Origin: a virus
Strand: one strand, 5' to 3'
Length of the DNA: 41,345 bases
IMG/VR virus record: IMGVR_UViG_3300038527_000002
Below the pieces are notes generated by a model. It was not told where the DNA came from and did not search any database. It saw only the letters and a program-made list of their open reading frames with translations. A program made the position numbers and the translations under genes. This document shows, piece by piece, positions 39,680 to 41,345 of this stretch; the first letter of the stretch is position 1; each line of letters starts with the position of its first letter.

Positions 39680-41345
39680 TAAAAGAAAACGAATTACCTA
39701 CACAGACCACGTTACCTTCGAGTTGGTTTCTTCGTATGGTCAGCGACACAGGGGCGTCGAAGCGCATAGCCTCGTCGCTGGTTAAGTGGAGCATTGAAGA
39801 TGTTATAGACCTTGAAACGTCGCTCTCTGGGAAACAGGACTTATCTACTTTAAAGAGTATGGTTGCTTATCTTGATGCCACAGGTCAAAGTGTTGGTTCT
39901 GGTTTCGATATGGGGACAATCGCTGATACTACGGAATTAGATGCTGCTTTTTGCGGGCTTTATACCGCCCCTGTTCCTTTCGCGATAACTAATATCGGCG
40001 ATGTTTATGGTGTGTTAGCGATAAATCGTAACGTTCTTGGTGACGGGGCTACGGAGGATAACACGGCAGCCTCTCAGCTTCTCTTTACGTCTAATGGGCT
40101 ATACTTGCGCTCTTACTCCACTTCTTGGGGATTATATCGTTATGTTGGTGGCGGTGTGCAGCCTCAACCCGTTACCCGGGCGCAGTTGATAGACCTTATG
40201 GATGAGCACGAGTTAGTACAGGGAACGAAGTACATAATCACCGACCACCCGAATGATATGGGAATCATTGTTGAGGCGGCCTCGTCTTCTCAAATTTCTC
40301 AATATGCCTTACGTCTGGCCTGTCAGCCGAAATATTATGTGGCTGGGCCATATATGACGGGTTCTGGTGGAACGGTTGAGGAATATTGGAATGGTGTTTA
40401 TGAGCACGGCTCAACACCGGCCGAGGGTGAGATATACATTTATGCCGGTATGGTATATAAAAACCTTACAGGCGATGACACAACACCCCCGGGTGAATAT
40501 ATCCTCAATTCCACCGACTGGGAATTAAAGACCGTTGAATGGGGCGACTACTATTCACCAAATATCTGCGAAGTAATTTACAAGATAGGGTTAACCACCT
40601 CTCCCGGTGTTGAGCCGTGCGGTGTTGTTCAAAGACAGACGGATATTAATAATAATACTTTCGGGCAAGCCTTAACGGGTGATCCAACTTTGGCACAGAG
40701 AACGCGGATAGATTATAACGACTGGGGGCATCCGGGAATAAAGAAATGCGAGCTGACAAATTGCTGGGCTAATAAAGAGGATTGCGAGTTTATTGGTGTA
40801 CGTGGTTATGGACAGGTGTACAGGAATAAGACCACAAATTTAGCCTTTGTTCGCCTTTCACAAATAATACGGGTACTTTTGCCGGCTGACGATGTTTTGA
40901 TATATGACAATGCTTCGCTTACTGTTTTTGACTGCGATATTAGAGGTGACATTTATTCAAATTCCACTGTTATAGTAAGATACAGCGATATAAATGCTTA
41001 TGTGGCCTCTAATTTTTCGCTTACAATCACCGATTGCGAATCAAACAGTCCTATTACGGGTAATGAGTCCAGCAGTATTACATCGTCTTATATCTTTGGT
41101 ACTTTTAGAGAAAATGAGATTTGTGTTGTAACAAATTCAACTCTTAATGCTGATTTCACAAATAATACGGGTACTTTTGATTTTATTGAAAACAAGGGGT
41201 TGATAGATAACAACACATTAACTGCATCAAGGTTGAATAATGTTTCTGAGATATCAGGGAATACAGGAGTTTTTTCTGATGTTCAGACAAACGACGTTGA
41301 TTGCCCGATAAAAAATAACACTTCAATAATATTATCAGAATGCAG
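39676..41345 (+). CDS. Tail fibre / receptor-binding protein, N-terminal part. The ORF runs off the window end and continues at position 108; full length is 1123 aa on the closed genome.
   Basis: ATG at 39676 overlaps the upstream stop (ATGA). No stop occurs before the window end. Position 41239 (= position 1) is codon position 1, the same frame as the ORF ending at 1809. Confidence 0.75.
   Translation, partial: MIKENELPTQTTLPSSWFLRMVSDTGASKRIASSLVKWSIEDVIDLETSLSGKQDLSTLKSMVAYLDATGQSVGSGFDMGTIADTTELDAAFCGLYTAPVPFAITNIGDVYGVLAINRNVLGDGATEDNTAASQLLFTSNGLYLRSYSTSWGLYRYVGGGVQPQPVTRAQLIDLMDEHELVQGTKYIITDHPNDMGIIVEAASSSQISQYALRLACQPKYYVAGPYMTGSGGTVEEYWNGVYEHGSTPAEGEIYIYAGMVYKNLTGDDTTPPGEYILNSTDWELKTVEWGDYYSPNICEVIYKIGLTTSPGVEPCGVVQRQTDINNNTFGQALTGDPTLAQRTRIDYNDWGHPGIKKCELTNCWANKEDCEFIGVRGYGQVYRNKTTNLAFVRLSQIIRVLLPADDVLIYDNASLTVFDCDIRGDIYSNSTVIVRYSDINAYVASNFSLTITDCESNSPITGNESSSITSSYIFGTFRENEICVVTNSTLNADFTNNTGTFDFIENKGLIDNNTLTASRLNNVSEISGNTGVFSDVQTNDVDCPIKNNTSIILSEC
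41239..41345. repeat. Second copy of the 107-nt terminal overlap
   Basis: Identical to 1-107 by direct comparison. Confidence 0.9.

Overview
This window is a complete tailed-phage genome, not a chromosomal segment. Bases 1-107 repeat exactly at 41239-41345, so the unique sequence is 41,238 bp and closes into a circle or is circularly permuted. A 1123-aa tail-fibre ORF reads in frame across the junction. Two divergent arms leave a ~300-nt control region (24342-24638). The rightward late arm holds small and large terminase, portal, HK97-type protease and capsid, connectors, major tail protein, chaperone pair, 1050-aa tape measure and baseplate/fibre genes. It then wraps around to more fibre genes, a diversity-generating retroelement (DGR) and a lysis cassette ending at 7608. 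The leftward early arm (24341 down to 7605) holds candidate anti-defence genes, an ERF plus PD-(D/E)XK recombination module, a tRNA(CAU), a replication initiator with internal iterons, a DnaB-type helicase, an orphan DNA methyltransferase, several accessory gene cassettes and SSB. Genes are tightly packed and many start/stop junctions are ATGA overlaps, including several micro-ORFs below the ORF-track cutoff. I recognised no integrase, repressor switch or transposase. A Bacteroidota host is an inference from the near absence of Shine-Dalgarno sequences, a TAnnTTTG-type -7 box, lipobox proteins and a DUF1566/C-type-lectin-like DGR target. The stand-out items are: (1) a complete DGR (target, avd, TR, RT at 3081-6056) with strictly adenine-specific TR/VR differences; (2) a family of long structured intergenic repeats with conserved GATAAC/GTTATCGGC ends that bracket accessory genes in the early arm; (3) a second ~85-nt repeated leader upstream of two early genes; (4) lambda-ori-like iterons inside the replication initiator gene; (5) an acidic protein plus pentapeptide-repeat protein as the first early genes, possibly DNA mimics. 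All function calls come from motif recognition and synteny by eye. No database search was run.
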